From a virus (lineage: Duplodnaviria > Caudoviricetes), in IMG/VR virus record IMGVR_UViG_3300021431_004083, positions 128,001 to 192,000 of that record: a DNA stretch of 64,000 nucleotides; one strand, given 5' to 3'. The notes beneath the pieces are model-generated. The model searched no databases. It was not told where the DNA came from and was given only the letters and a program-made list of their open reading frames with translations. This document shows positions 50,515 to 59,936 of this stretch, piece after piece (position 1 is the first letter of the stretch; the number at the start of each line of letters is the position of its first letter). Made by a program: the position numbers and the translations under genes.

Positions 50515-52962
50515 TCACTTATGCCACGCAACAGTAAAGACAATACGTCCAATTTCTTCATCCGAAATGGCATTAGACTGAATTGCCACATTCGCATCAT
50601 ACAACAGACAAATATGGTCATTGCCATTAATAGTACTAAAGACAGACGTATTGATACCATCTGAAACGTTATCGCCGTTTAGCTCAAAACCATACTGTTT
50701 CGTATCAACCGGAACTTTGGTAAAGTCCGTATTAAAATCGACAACAGACCATTTATCTGTTTGAATCTCAGCATTGGTAATGTCAACCTGACCGTTACTT
50801 AAGTTACTTATCTGAGCATTATCAGCTACTGTTACATTATTGTTACTGTCCACGTTAACAGGAAGCACCGTAGGAACTGTAACCTTAAGATTAGCCGGGT
50901 CATAATCGAGAACCACAATAGCCTCTTTAGAACCGCCTGATTCAGTAATAGGGTCGAGAACATTAAGAGTAATAGAATTACGTCTTGCATACTCAATAAC
51001 ATTTGTATTAGTTACAGGAGTGGTAATTGACATATTATCATTGCCATAAAAAGCATATTTATTTGTGATTCTTACATCACCACCAAGTTTTATATCACCT
51101 TCAACAGCCCCACCAGACAATAAAGGAGTGTCAATATTTGTTAGATTTTCACCTAATACAAAATTGCCAATTGTATCATAACAAAAAGCTAAACTATCTA
51201 TTTGAGACAATGAATGATTGTTTAATACTACCTCTGGAATGTATCCAATGTCTGCAAAAGCCAATTCTCCGACCCATGTTACCGACTGTGGTATAGTAAT
51301 TGTAGAGTTTGCCAAACCATTACAATGATTAAATGCTCTATCTCCAATTTCAACAACAGATTCTGGAATTATTATTTGAGATATATTTGAACAATTTTCA
51401 AATGCCCCATCGCCAATATGTGTTACATTGTTTCCTATTGTTATTGAATCAAATCGGCAGGTAGCGAATGCCCACCCTCCAATATCAGTAACTGAATCTG
51501 GAATAATAAGATTACCAGCTAAGGGATAAGAAAAGGCATGTTCTCCGATAGTTTTAACATTATTTCCTAAAATTAATCCTGTGTAATTGGTTGGGTAAAA
51601 AGCTCTTTCACCAATCTCGACTACGGAATCAGGGATAACTAATAATCCAGTCAAACTATCGCAATTCGCAAAAGCCCATCTCCCGATTTTGACAACAGAA
51701 TTAGGGATATTAACTGAATTAAGATTGGTACAATCTTGAAAAGCAAATTGACCTATTGAAATAACGGAGTCAGGAATTACGACACTTGTCAAATCTGAAC
51801 AGTATTCAAAACCACTTACACTAAGAATTGGTTTTCCGTTATATGTATCCGGCACAACTACTCTTCCACTAAGACTTGAAGAACCATCCTCACGATTCGG
51901 ATAAATAGAATATCCATCTAAATATCCATAGCCACACCAAGAAACACCGTTATCATCTGTAAAAGAAATTTCATCTGTTTGAACTGACTCGCTTTCTTTT
52001 GTCGAAGCTATTCCCAAAGATTCAGGAAAAGCCTTAATACCTATTTCTTCTACAGAATTTGGAATTGAAACAGAAGACAATCTACTACAATTATAAAAAG
52101 CGTAATCATCAATTGTTTTTAAACCTTCATTAAATTCCACCCCTTCTAAATTCTCACATCCCCAAAAAGCTGAACTCCCTATCTTAGTTACTGATTGAGG
52201 AATAATTAAAGTTCCAGACAATGAAGTTAAATACCTAAATGCTCCGCCACCAATTTCAACGACAGAATTTGGAATTTCAAGGGATTCAATATTCTTACAA
52301 TAAGCAAAAGCACTAATCCCTATTTTTTGAACATTATTTCCTAATCGAACTCTGGTCAAACCAGAACAATTAGAAAAAGTCTGAGAACCAATTTCTATCA
52401 TTCCATTTCCTATAATAACTTCTTCAAGAGCTAAGTTATCACCAAGATTTCTTCTTTCTATTTTCTTTAACCCGTCGCCAAAATCGATTTTAGACAATGA
52501 AGAACAATCCTGAAACAAATAGTCTCCAATACTTTTTAAGGTATCCGGAAATTCAATACTTGTCAATTTCGAACATTCTCTAAACGCATACAATCCGATT
52601 GATTGTAAACTATTGCTTAAATCAATACTCTCTAAATTAGTACAACATTCAAAAGCATGTTGTCCAATACTGGTTACCGAATCGGGAATTGTTATTGATG
52701 TCAACCCATCACAATTACTGAATGCATACTCAGATATAGACGTGATAACCTTATTATTATAAGTTTCAGGCAATACAATGTTGCCACTAATGGAATCTCT
52801 ATCAATTGGATAAATAGCCCATCCCGGATAAGATTCAACTAAACCCCAACTGATTCCATTACCATCGACAAAAGTTTCAGCACGTCCCGTCACAACACCC
52901 ACAACTATCAATGACAGAACCACCATTATGACTAAACCTATACTTACAATTCTTTTTAACAT
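50515..52962 (-). CDS. BspA-type leucine-rich-repeat surface protein with conserved C-terminal 'VTVP...VFTVAWH' domain
   Basis: Signal peptide; many IPxSVxxIGxxAF repeats; C-terminal domain shared with three neighbours. Confidence 0.88.
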   Translation of the reverse strand: MLKRIVSIGLVIMVVLSLIVVGVVTGRAETFVDGNGISWGLVESYPGWAIYPIDRDSISGNIVLPETYNNKVITSISEYAFSNCDGLTSITIPDSVTSIGQHAFECCTNLESIDLSNSLQSIGLYAFRECSKLTSIEFPDTLKSIGDYLFQDCSSLSKIDFGDGLKKIERRNLGDNLALEEVIIGNGMIEIGSQTFSNCSGLTRVRLGNNVQKIGISAFAYCKNIESLEIPNSVVEIGGGAFRYLTSLSGTLIIPQSVTKIGSSAFWGCENLEGVEFNEGLKTIDDYAFYNCSRLSSVSIPNSVEEIGIKAFPESLGIASTKESESVQTDEISFTDDNGVSWCGYGYLDGYSIYPNREDGSSSLSGRVVVPDTYNGKPILSVSGFEYCSDLTSVVIPDSVISIGQFAFQDCTNLNSVNIPNSVVKIGRWAFANCDSLTGLLVIPDSVVEIGERAFYPTNYTGLILGNNVKTIGEHAFSYPLAGNLIIPDSVTDIGGWAFATCRFDSITIGNNVTHIGDGAFENCSNISQIIIPESVVEIGDRAFNHCNGLANSTITIPQSVTWVGELAFADIGYIPEVVLNNHSLSQIDSLAFCYDTIGNFVLGENLTNIDTPLLSGGAVEGDIKLGGDVRITNKYAFYGNDNMSITTPVTNTNVIEYARRNSITLNVLDPITESGGSKEAIVVLDYDPANLKVTVPTVLPVNVDSNNNVTVADNAQISNLSNGQVDITNAEIQTDKWSVVDFNTDFTKVPVDTKQYGFELNGDNVSDGINTSVFSTINGNDHICLLYDANVAIQSNAISDEEIGRIVFTVAWHK

Positions 52963-53080
52963 AAAAACCTTTCCTTTCTTTTTAAAAATCATTTCATATA
53001 TACAAAACCTCTCATAAAAATATAAGCCCACCATCAAAACAACAATAAGTTTCAACGGCAGGCTTAAACATCAAATTGTA

Positions 53081-54667
53081 TCACTTATGCCATGCGACAG
53101 TAAATACGATTTGACCGATATCCGAACCATCAATCGCTTCACTTTGAATTGCGACATTCGCATCATACGGCAACGCCATACTGTCGTCACCGTTAATCGT
53201 ATCGAAATTATCCAAAGCAATCGTTCCGTTATTCTGAGCAACAGTATTTTTCAACTTAAAACCATACTGCTTTGTATTAACAGGAACCTTTGTAAAATCA
53301 GTACTAAACGGAACAATAGACCATTCATTTTGACCTGACAGAGTACAACCTGTCACGTCAACCTGACCGTTACTTAAATTACTCACCTGAGCGTTATCGG
53401 CTACTGTCACATTATTATCGCTGTCAACATTAACGGGAAGCACTGTAGGAACGGTAACCTTAAGATTAGCTGTATTATAATCAAGCGTTACGATAGATTT
53501 ACCGTTATTTCCGGATACTAATATTTCATTCTCAGCAATAGGTTCAGGCGCACGCATAATAACATAGGGAATAGGCTTAGATACAGAATAACTATGCTGA
53601 GTCGGACTATACGGGTCGTCTTCAAATACATATTCTTCGATATAATCTTCATATGCATCACAATAATCTATTACTTGACTCGCCGTTTCGTATGTATAAA
53701 CTGTAACTACAGTCGTATAATGATATGTCATCCCGTCGTTTTCTGACTTAAAAACACTAAAAGCATCCTTACCAATAGTAGTTACGTGATCTGAAAGAGT
53801 AATCGAAAGTAGATTGGAACAATTGTAAAATGCCGATTGACCAATTGTGGTCACGGAATCAGGAATTGTCACCGAGGTCAGAGATTCGCAATCAGAAAAC
53901 ATCGCTTTACTAATCTCAGTAACGCCATCGGGAATTTTTATTGATGTGAGTGATTTACAACCAAAAAACGCCCATCCACCGATACTCGTGACGGAATCAG
54001 GAATCGTCACCGAGGTCAGATTATCACAACCATCAAATGCCTGAACACCAACAGATGTTACGCCATCGGGGATTGTTATTGATGTGAGTGATTTGCAATC
54101 TTTAAACGCCGTATAACCAATAGAAGTTACGGAATTAGGAATTGTCACCGAAGTTAAAGATTTACAACGAGCAAACATCGAATCACCAATCGAAGTTACG
54201 CCATCGGGGATTGTTATTGATGCAAGAAGGTAACAAGAACTAAATGCCGCCGAACCAATAGAAGTCACGGAATTAGGAATAGAAATGGTCGTCAGGTTAT
54301 TGCAACCAAGAAACGCCTCATTACCAATCGAAGTTACGGAATCAGGAATCGTCACCGATGTGGCATATCTACAGTGAAACGCGCTATTACCAATATGCGT
54401 AACACCATCTTCTATAACAATGCGCCGCACCTTATTCTGGTCCAAATTAACTGTATACCACGGAGCATACCCAGTAAAAGTATAATCAGTCATAGCACCA
54501 GAACCGCTAATAGTAAGAACACCATCACTATCAAGCGTATAAGTAAGATTATCACCGCAGGAACCTTGCTGAACAATAGTCGCCGCGCTTACATTAACAA
54601 CACCGACAGTCATCAATGACAGCACCATCACCAACGCAACCATCAGACTTACAATTTTCTTAAACAA
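53081..54667 (-). CDS. BspA-type leucine-rich-repeat surface protein with conserved C-terminal 'VTVP...VFTVAWH' domain
   Basis: Signal peptide; GSCGDNLTYTL and LTISGSGAM cap; LTSVTIPDSVTSIG repeats; shared C-terminal domain. Confidence 0.88.
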   Translation of the reverse strand: MFKKIVSLMVALVMVLSLMTVGVVNVSAATIVQQGSCGDNLTYTLDSDGVLTISGSGAMTDYTFTGYAPWYTVNLDQNKVRRIVIEDGVTHIGNSAFHCRYATSVTIPDSVTSIGNEAFLGCNNLTTISIPNSVTSIGSAAFSSCYLLASITIPDGVTSIGDSMFARCKSLTSVTIPNSVTSIGYTAFKDCKSLTSITIPDGVTSVGVQAFDGCDNLTSVTIPDSVTSIGGWAFFGCKSLTSIKIPDGVTEISKAMFSDCESLTSVTIPDSVTTIGQSAFYNCSNLLSITLSDHVTTIGKDAFSVFKSENDGMTYHYTTVVTVYTYETASQVIDYCDAYEDYIEEYVFEDDPYSPTQHSYSVSKPIPYVIMRAPEPIAENEILVSGNNGKSIVTLDYNTANLKVTVPTVLPVNVDSDNNVTVADNAQVSNLSNGQVDVTGCTLSGQNEWSIVPFSTDFTKVPVNTKQYGFKLKNTVAQNNGTIALDNFDTINGDDSMALPYDANVAIQSEAIDGSDIGQIVFTVAWHK

Positions 54668-54693
54668 TTTATTAACCTCCTTTTTATAACACT

Positions 54694-54738
54694 AAAGCCT
54701 ACCACTATGGGGTTCCTGTACCACCAGTGGTAGGCTTT
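54694..54738 (-). terminator. Long stem-loop after the putative major subunit gene
   Basis: aaagcctaccact (54694-54706) / agtggtaggcttt (54726-54738). Confidence 0.6.
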
Positions 54739-54752
54739 TTGATTACATTACT

Positions 54753-55319
54753 TTACGCAGTATGCCAAGCACAAGTGAAGATTACATTAGCAATCTGACC
54801 GGCGTCGATAGCCTCAGACTGAACCGCAAAGTCACCGGCGTAAGGCAGCGGCAGAGAATCATTACCGTCAATGGTAGTCCACGCGGAACCCAAAGTCAGG
54901 TCCACAGAAGTACCCGCGCCGAAGTTATCACCGTTAAGAGTCATAGTGAACTGCTTCGAATCAACGGGAACCTTAGTAAAATCGGTACCGTTAGCAACGA
55001 TTTCCCAACCATTTACAGTATCTGCGTGTACAGCAGTAACGTCAACCTGACCGTTGGACAGATTCTGGATTTCCAGATTATCGGCAACCGTTACATTGCC
55101 ATCGCTGTCAACTGCATACGGAATAACTGTAGGGACAGTCACACGGAAATTAGCGCCGTGGTCAACAACACCGTCATTATCGGTATCCGTACCATATGTA
55201 AGCTCTACACGTGTAGTATCAGAACCGCCCGGTGTGGTGATTTCAGCGCTGGCACTCGCGACAGCAACCGATGCAAGCATCGCAATCGCCATCACAAACG
55301 CAGCAATTTTCTTAAACAT
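54753..55319 (-). CDS. Secreted single-domain protein (putative major fibre subunit)
   Basis: Signal peptide ASA-E; FRVTVPTVIP, NLSNGQVDV, TDFTKVPVDSKQF and VIFTCAWH; own promoter. Confidence 0.75.
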   Translation of the reverse strand: MFKKIAAFVMAIAMLASVAVASASAEITTPGGSDTTRVELTYGTDTDNDGVVDHGANFRVTVPTVIPYAVDSDGNVTVADNLEIQNLSNGQVDVTAVHADTVNGWEIVANGTDFTKVPVDSKQFTMTLNGDNFGAGTSVDLTLGSAWTTIDGNDSLPLPYAGDFAVQSEAIDAGQIANVIFTCAWHTA

Positions 55320-55423
55320 AACAAAACACTTTCCTTTCCTCCCCAGACAGGGGATAATTTATGCTTTAGCACAAAAAGGACATTTACGCATTGTGCCCAA
55401 TAGCCATAACTTTATCAACACCT

Positions 55424-55452
55424 ATACTAACGCAAAACTAACAAAAAGTCAA
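55424..55452 (-). promoter_or_regulatory. Internal SigA-type promoter for the putative major subunit
   Basis: TTGACT-17-TAGTAT. Confidence 0.55.
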
Positions 55453-55531
55453 GCGTTTTTGGAAAAAAGTACAAAAAAATCAACAACAAAATTTCAATCT
55501 CGACTCATCAAATAAATCCCATTCTTTTTTA

Positions 55532-56032
55532 TCAACCGTCACTTTTAGCAATCGTAAACACAACATGGCCGATATCCATATCGCTGAATGTCGTCGACTG
55601 CACAGCAATGCGAGCATCATAATTAAATAATAAAGAACTATTTGCCTCAATTAAAGGAAAAGCTTCCCACAAGTCGCACAAACAGCGATGGTCTTTATTA
55701 TAAAAATCAACACCATTGAGCATAAAACCATATTGTTTTGTGTCTACGGGAACTTTCTTAAAATCAGTATCCATAGCTACTACATGCCAATCGTCTGAAG
55801 GATTCAATACAACAGCGTCAACTTGTACATCATAATCACTCTCATTAATAATTGCCACACGATTCGCCACAGACGTCGTACCGTCGCTGCTAACCGCTAC
55901 AGGTAATACTGAGGGAACGGTCACTTTCATCGCCAAGGCGTCCCCATCTGCGGCAGAGACAGGAAAAAGCGCAAAGGCCAAAACGATAAAGGTGATGAGA
56001 AGTACAGTAAGAAAACCTTTTATAATCGACAT
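55532..56032 (-). CDS. Secreted single-domain paralog (putative minor subunit)
   Basis: Signal peptide; MKVTVPSVLPV, TDFKKVPVDTKQYGF and IGHVVFTIA. Confidence 0.75.
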   Translation of the reverse strand: MSIIKGFLTVLLITFIVLAFALFPVSAADGDALAMKVTVPSVLPVAVSSDGTTSVANRVAIINESDYDVQVDAVVLNPSDDWHVVAMDTDFKKVPVDTKQYGFMLNGVDFYNKDHRCLCDLWEAFPLIEANSSLLFNYDARIAVQSTTFSDMDIGHVVFTIAKSDG

Positions 56033-56087
56033 AAAAAACCTTTCCTTTTCTAAAAAAGGGAGCCGGAAAACCGACCCCCTCTAACAA

Positions 56088-56684
56088 TCAATTCAAAACA
56101 TGAATCACGATATCGGCGCCTGCGGTACCCACAATATTATCATTGTCATCAATAGCGTTAAAACCAACCCATGCTTTATGGTCACCTTTCGACAAATCCA
56201 TATTCAATTTAACATTGTGGATTTTACCGCCAACAGGGATTTTACCTGAACGATAAATCAATTGATTCTTATTGATTTTACCATCAGAACCCTTGAGATA
56301 GACCTCTATCACCTGCGGACGTGTGTTTGACACATCATTCTCAAGCTGTAAATTACCTTTAGATGAACCGTCCTTAAACACAGGGTCGGCGTTAACAGAT
56401 ATCGTTATCATACCATCGGCAACCTTTTGATTTAACGCGTCTACATCAGCTCTGTATTTATCCTCATCCCACTCCACATTCTCGTCCCACGGAATATGGT
56501 TTCTGTCGTCAAATTGACAATGACAATTACATGGTCTGAACCAAGCTAAGATGATAGCCGCGATTATCAAACAGATAACCAAAACACGATATATAATGAC
56601 AACATTGCGTTCTTTCTTAGACATCACGTTGCCATATTCATCGTAATATACTTTTTTATTTACTACAGTGACTTCGTCATGCAC
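56088..56684 (-). CDS. Membrane-anchored beta-rich protein (putative assembly or anchor factor)
   Basis: TM helix + FRPCNCHC; ISVNADPVF, GNLQLEN, IYRSGKIP and LSKGDHKA. Confidence 0.7.
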   Translation of the reverse strand: MHDEVTVVNKKVYYDEYGNVMSKKERNVVIIYRVLVICLIIAAIILAWFRPCNCHCQFDDRNHIPWDENVEWDEDKYRADVDALNQKVADGMITISVNADPVFKDGSSKGNLQLENDVSNTRPQVIEVYLKGSDGKINKNQLIYRSGKIPVGGKIHNVKLNMDLSKGDHKAWVGFNAIDDNDNIVGTAGADIVIHVLN

Positions 56685-56719
56685 ACAACAGCCCTCCTTT
56701 AAAAATCAATCAAGATTGA

Positions 56720-56947
56720 TTATTCGCCTGTCGGCGTTTGAATGGGGGCTGTCGGCGCGACAGAAGTCGTAGAAACAGAACTGTATGCCTGTTGCGCTTT
56801 CTTCTCGCAATCACAATTGCACGGTTTGAATAAAAGAATCAAAACAACGGCAATCAAACCGAGAAGCGCAACAATACGATACGCCCATGTTTTCTTTTTC
56901 GCCTTCTTGATCTCGTCCTGAGGAACCAAATTTTTGTTATCTGACAC
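56720..56947 (-). CDS. Small membrane protein, N-terminal paralog of 56088-56684
   Basis: YRIV, TM helix and FKPCNCDC; RBS aaggag. Confidence 0.65.
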   Translation of the reverse strand: MSDNKNLVPQDEIKKAKKKTWAYRIVALLGLIAVVLILLFKPCNCDCEKKAQQAYSSVSTTSVAPTAPIQTPTGE

Positions 56948-57241
56948 TTACAATCTCTCCTTTGTTTTAATAATAATAAATTCATATTTGAATTCAAAAA
57001 AAGCTTGAATCCGTATGACAAAATAATTATATCATACTGTTTTAAGAATTGCAAGTATTTTTAACAAAAATATACAATTTTTTTATTCAACTTTTTTAAT
57101 CAAATACCATGACACGGCTGACACAAACAAATTTCTCATAGAATTAAGTATAACACGAAAATACATGAAAAACAACCAACGTTTCACAAAAAAAAAAGGA
57201 ACCCCCGTAAAACGGGGGTTCCGATAAACTTTATCTTTCAA

Positions 57242-58339
57242 TCAATAAGTGGCACTCCACACGACAGCTTCACCAAAATGATTATACGAAACAGATGTCT
57301 CATTTGACCACTCACGGCATTGAGCATACCATTCGTCCGCTTTTTCATTAAGTATATTTTCCGTAACCTGCGGAACGTGACGCTCGCCCCAAGAAAAACT
57401 ATAAGTCAATGAAGAGTAAGCGCATGCCGCAGCATCATGTGCGTCCGAAAGTGCTAAATTCTTATACCCCTCAAGACTGCTATTGTGACCGACACCTCTG
57501 ATGATAGCCTCAAGCTGCACATCGAGATCATACCAATGTCTATAACTGCTGCAAGTATTGCAAGTATCGGCAAATTTCATCAGCTCGATACCATTTGCTC
57601 CGGTCCAACCGAGTAAACCGATACCGAGACAATAATGCACTGCACCGTATTCATCAGTATAAGAAAAGGCGTCTTTGTTGATGTAAAAACCGTAACTGTC
57701 AAACAAACGTTCACAATACGCGTCAAGAGCGTCCTTATCCAAATTAGACAACCGCGCGTCATAACCGTTATATAACAACTGTTTTATATACGGGTCAAAC
57801 GCATAATTATCAACAGTACCGTCAGTTTTGCCGGATACTGTACTGATATAAGAACCCTCAATTGCGTTAGGAGACATTGACGAATTCATGTCCAAAACAG
57901 CTAACAAGCCCGCAATATGTATATCATCAAGACCGTAAGCCTTGAATGTATCATAACACAAACAAGCGTTTTCCATCAATGTAGACGGCTGTGAATCGTC
58001 GACAGTAGCTAAAGGAACAGGCTGACCGACATGGCAAAACGACGGAAGGTTCATATTCACAATGTGACGTTGAATAAATGTCGCGTCAATAACGGACAAA
58101 GTATCATCACCGTCAACATCACCGAGAACATACGCTGTTTCCAAAGACTCAACCAAACGAGAAACGTCAACGTCGATAGTCAATCGTTGTATAACGGTAA
58201 CGTCACAGGCGTCAACAGTACCGTCGTTTGTAACATCGCCCGAAAAACCATAACGAACAACTCTTGCCGACGACGGTAACACACAAAGAATAGATAATGC
58301 AACAACCATACACAAAAACAAACTAACAAACCGTTTCAT
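57242..58339 (-). CDS. Secreted dockerin + phage-tail-lysozyme-like domain protein
   Basis: GDVTNDGTVDACDVTVIQR / GDVDGDDTLSVIDATFIQRHI; GLDDIHIAGLL, GIGLLGWTG and WYDLDVQL. Confidence 0.7.
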   Translation of the reverse strand: MKRFVSLFLCMVVALSILCVLPSSARVVRYGFSGDVTNDGTVDACDVTVIQRLTIDVDVSRLVESLETAYVLGDVDGDDTLSVIDATFIQRHIVNMNLPSFCHVGQPVPLATVDDSQPSTLMENACLCYDTFKAYGLDDIHIAGLLAVLDMNSSMSPNAIEGSYISTVSGKTDGTVDNYAFDPYIKQLLYNGYDARLSNLDKDALDAYCERLFDSYGFYINKDAFSYTDEYGAVHYCLGIGLLGWTGANGIELMKFADTCNTCSSYRHWYDLDVQLEAIIRGVGHNSSLEGYKNLALSDAHDAAACAYSSLTYSFSWGERHVPQVTENILNEKADEWYAQCREWSNETSVSYNHFGEAVVWSATY

Positions 58340-58376
58340 AATAAAACAAACTCCGCCTCTTTCACAGCCAAATCAA

Positions 58377-59612
58377 TCAACGAACAGAAATCTCAAAGTC
58401 CAACATCTCATTAACGCCCGAATAATGATAAGTCGGTGTCTCAGTATATCTATCGACGTCATTAACGGACAACGCTCTGCAATAATGATACTGCAACGGC
58501 GCATTTGCGTCACGAGAAACATCACGAATATTTGAACTGCACGAAACAATAAAAGACTTACGACCGGTACCATGGTCTCGATAACGAAGATACGCATCAA
58601 TAGATTTGAATAAAACACTATCATCACCGTTCTTTAATGCAGCCTCGACATCGTCACCATTATTCGTATAAAAATCACCATAAAACTGTGAACTATCATC
58701 ATCGGAACGATAACATGAATCAATAGAATCAAAATCAGAAACATCATATCCGAATTCATCCATAAATGATTTATAAGAACTCATATCAAATGAAAATACA
58801 GACGAACCATCACCGAAAAAAGACTTAGCATTACCGAAAGAAATAGGAGCATTAAAATCACACACAACAGCTTGCTGTCCGGCATATGCCTGACTGACCT
58901 GATTGTGATTGGACAGCCTCAAAGAATCTCCGTCACACCTAAAATACAAACTACTATATTGATGGCTGTCAACGGAAAAACAGAATAAATCTAAAGCATA
59001 AAGATTCTGCGACGTTGTGGCGGCGTATTCATCATCAGACAAAGTCTCATCAAAATAAGGACCTTCTTTTGAATCAACCTGCCATCCATTCGCCTCAGTC
59101 AAATGATACTTCTCAAAAAACCAATCGACAGAATCACGCGCGACTACATCATCACAAAAAGCACGCGCATCGTCGGCTGTCAATAAAAGACCGTTTATGT
59201 AAATAGTACCGTCACCAACTAAAGGCGTCGACAATTTATCAAAGCGTTCATTAGAACAACGCAACTCATCATTACCGTCATCACATTTGACAACAATCTG
59301 TTTTGTACCGATACCATAAGGAACAGTCAAACCCACAGTATAGCGCTGAATAAACGTAGCGTCAATAATGCTGACATAACCGTCACCATCAACGTCCGCG
59401 CCCAAGAAAGAAACAAAACTTCTTCCCATATTGACACAATACCGCTGAATAACAGTCACGTCAACAATATCCACATCGCCATCGGTATTAGCGTCGCCGA
59501 GAGGAACCGATACGTCGTTATCTGCCGCTGATGCGGGAACCACACCTACAGCACAAATGGTAAACAAAACGAAAACTAACAATAAACTAACAAACCTTCG
59601 CATAAAAAACAC
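58377..59612 (-). CDS. Secreted dockerin protein (paralog of 36362-37606)
   Basis: GDANTDGDVDIVDVTVIQRY / ADVDGDGYVSIIDATFIQRY; shared NG...ADD...C.D...F..KY segment. Confidence 0.8.
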   Translation of the reverse strand: MFFMRRFVSLLLVFVLFTICAVGVVPASAADNDVSVPLGDANTDGDVDIVDVTVIQRYCVNMGRSFVSFLGADVDGDGYVSIIDATFIQRYTVGLTVPYGIGTKQIVVKCDDGNDELRCSNERFDKLSTPLVGDGTIYINGLLLTADDARAFCDDVVARDSVDWFFEKYHLTEANGWQVDSKEGPYFDETLSDDEYAATTSQNLYALDLFCFSVDSHQYSSLYFRCDGDSLRLSNHNQVSQAYAGQQAVVCDFNAPISFGNAKSFFGDGSSVFSFDMSSYKSFMDEFGYDVSDFDSIDSCYRSDDDSSQFYGDFYTNNGDDVEAALKNGDDSVLFKSIDAYLRYRDHGTGRKSFIVSCSSNIRDVSRDANAPLQYHYCRALSVNDVDRYTETPTYHYSGVNEMLDFEISVR

Positions 59613-59635
59613 ACTCCTAAAATATTAATACACAT

Positions 59636-59664
59636 ATTATATGTCTATTGCGAAATATTGTCAA
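59636..59664 (-). promoter_or_regulatory. Consensus SigA promoter
   Basis: TTGACA-17-TATAAT. Confidence 0.8.
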
Positions 59665-59668
59665 CAAA

Positions 59669-59881
59669 TTATACCAAATGTTTTACAACCCAGTCATATG
59701 TAACAGACGGAACGGGCAAAACCGTATAAGAAAAAAGCTGAACGTAAGGATATCCATCGGATTTTAACTGATTTGCAAAGGCAACGGCCTCTTGTTTTTC
59801 GTTAAAATCTGTATTAATCCAAGGCTCACTCTCTGAAAAGCCTTTACCGTTTTTATCTCTGTACGCTACACCATAAAGCAT
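59669..59881 (-). CDS. Small hypothetical protein
   Basis: RBS ggaggtg; 70 aa. Confidence 0.6.
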   Translation of the reverse strand: MLYGVAYRDKNGKGFSESEPWINTDFNEKQEAVAFANQLKSDGYPYVQLFSYTVLPVPSVTYDWVVKHLV

Positions 59882-59936
59882 TGTTAAAACACCTCCGCAT
59901 TTCGCTCACATGCGTCACTCTAAATCCGAAAAACTT

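Noticed and set aside
50515-54667. Diversity-generating retroelement TR/VR pair
   Set aside because: No reverse transcriptase; differences between the paralogous 3' ends are mostly synonymous and not adenine-specific.
50515-56032. Canonical WxL or sortase-dependent pilin cluster
   Set aside because: No terminal WxL, LPxTG or YPKN motif and no adjacent class C sortase; kept only as an analogy.
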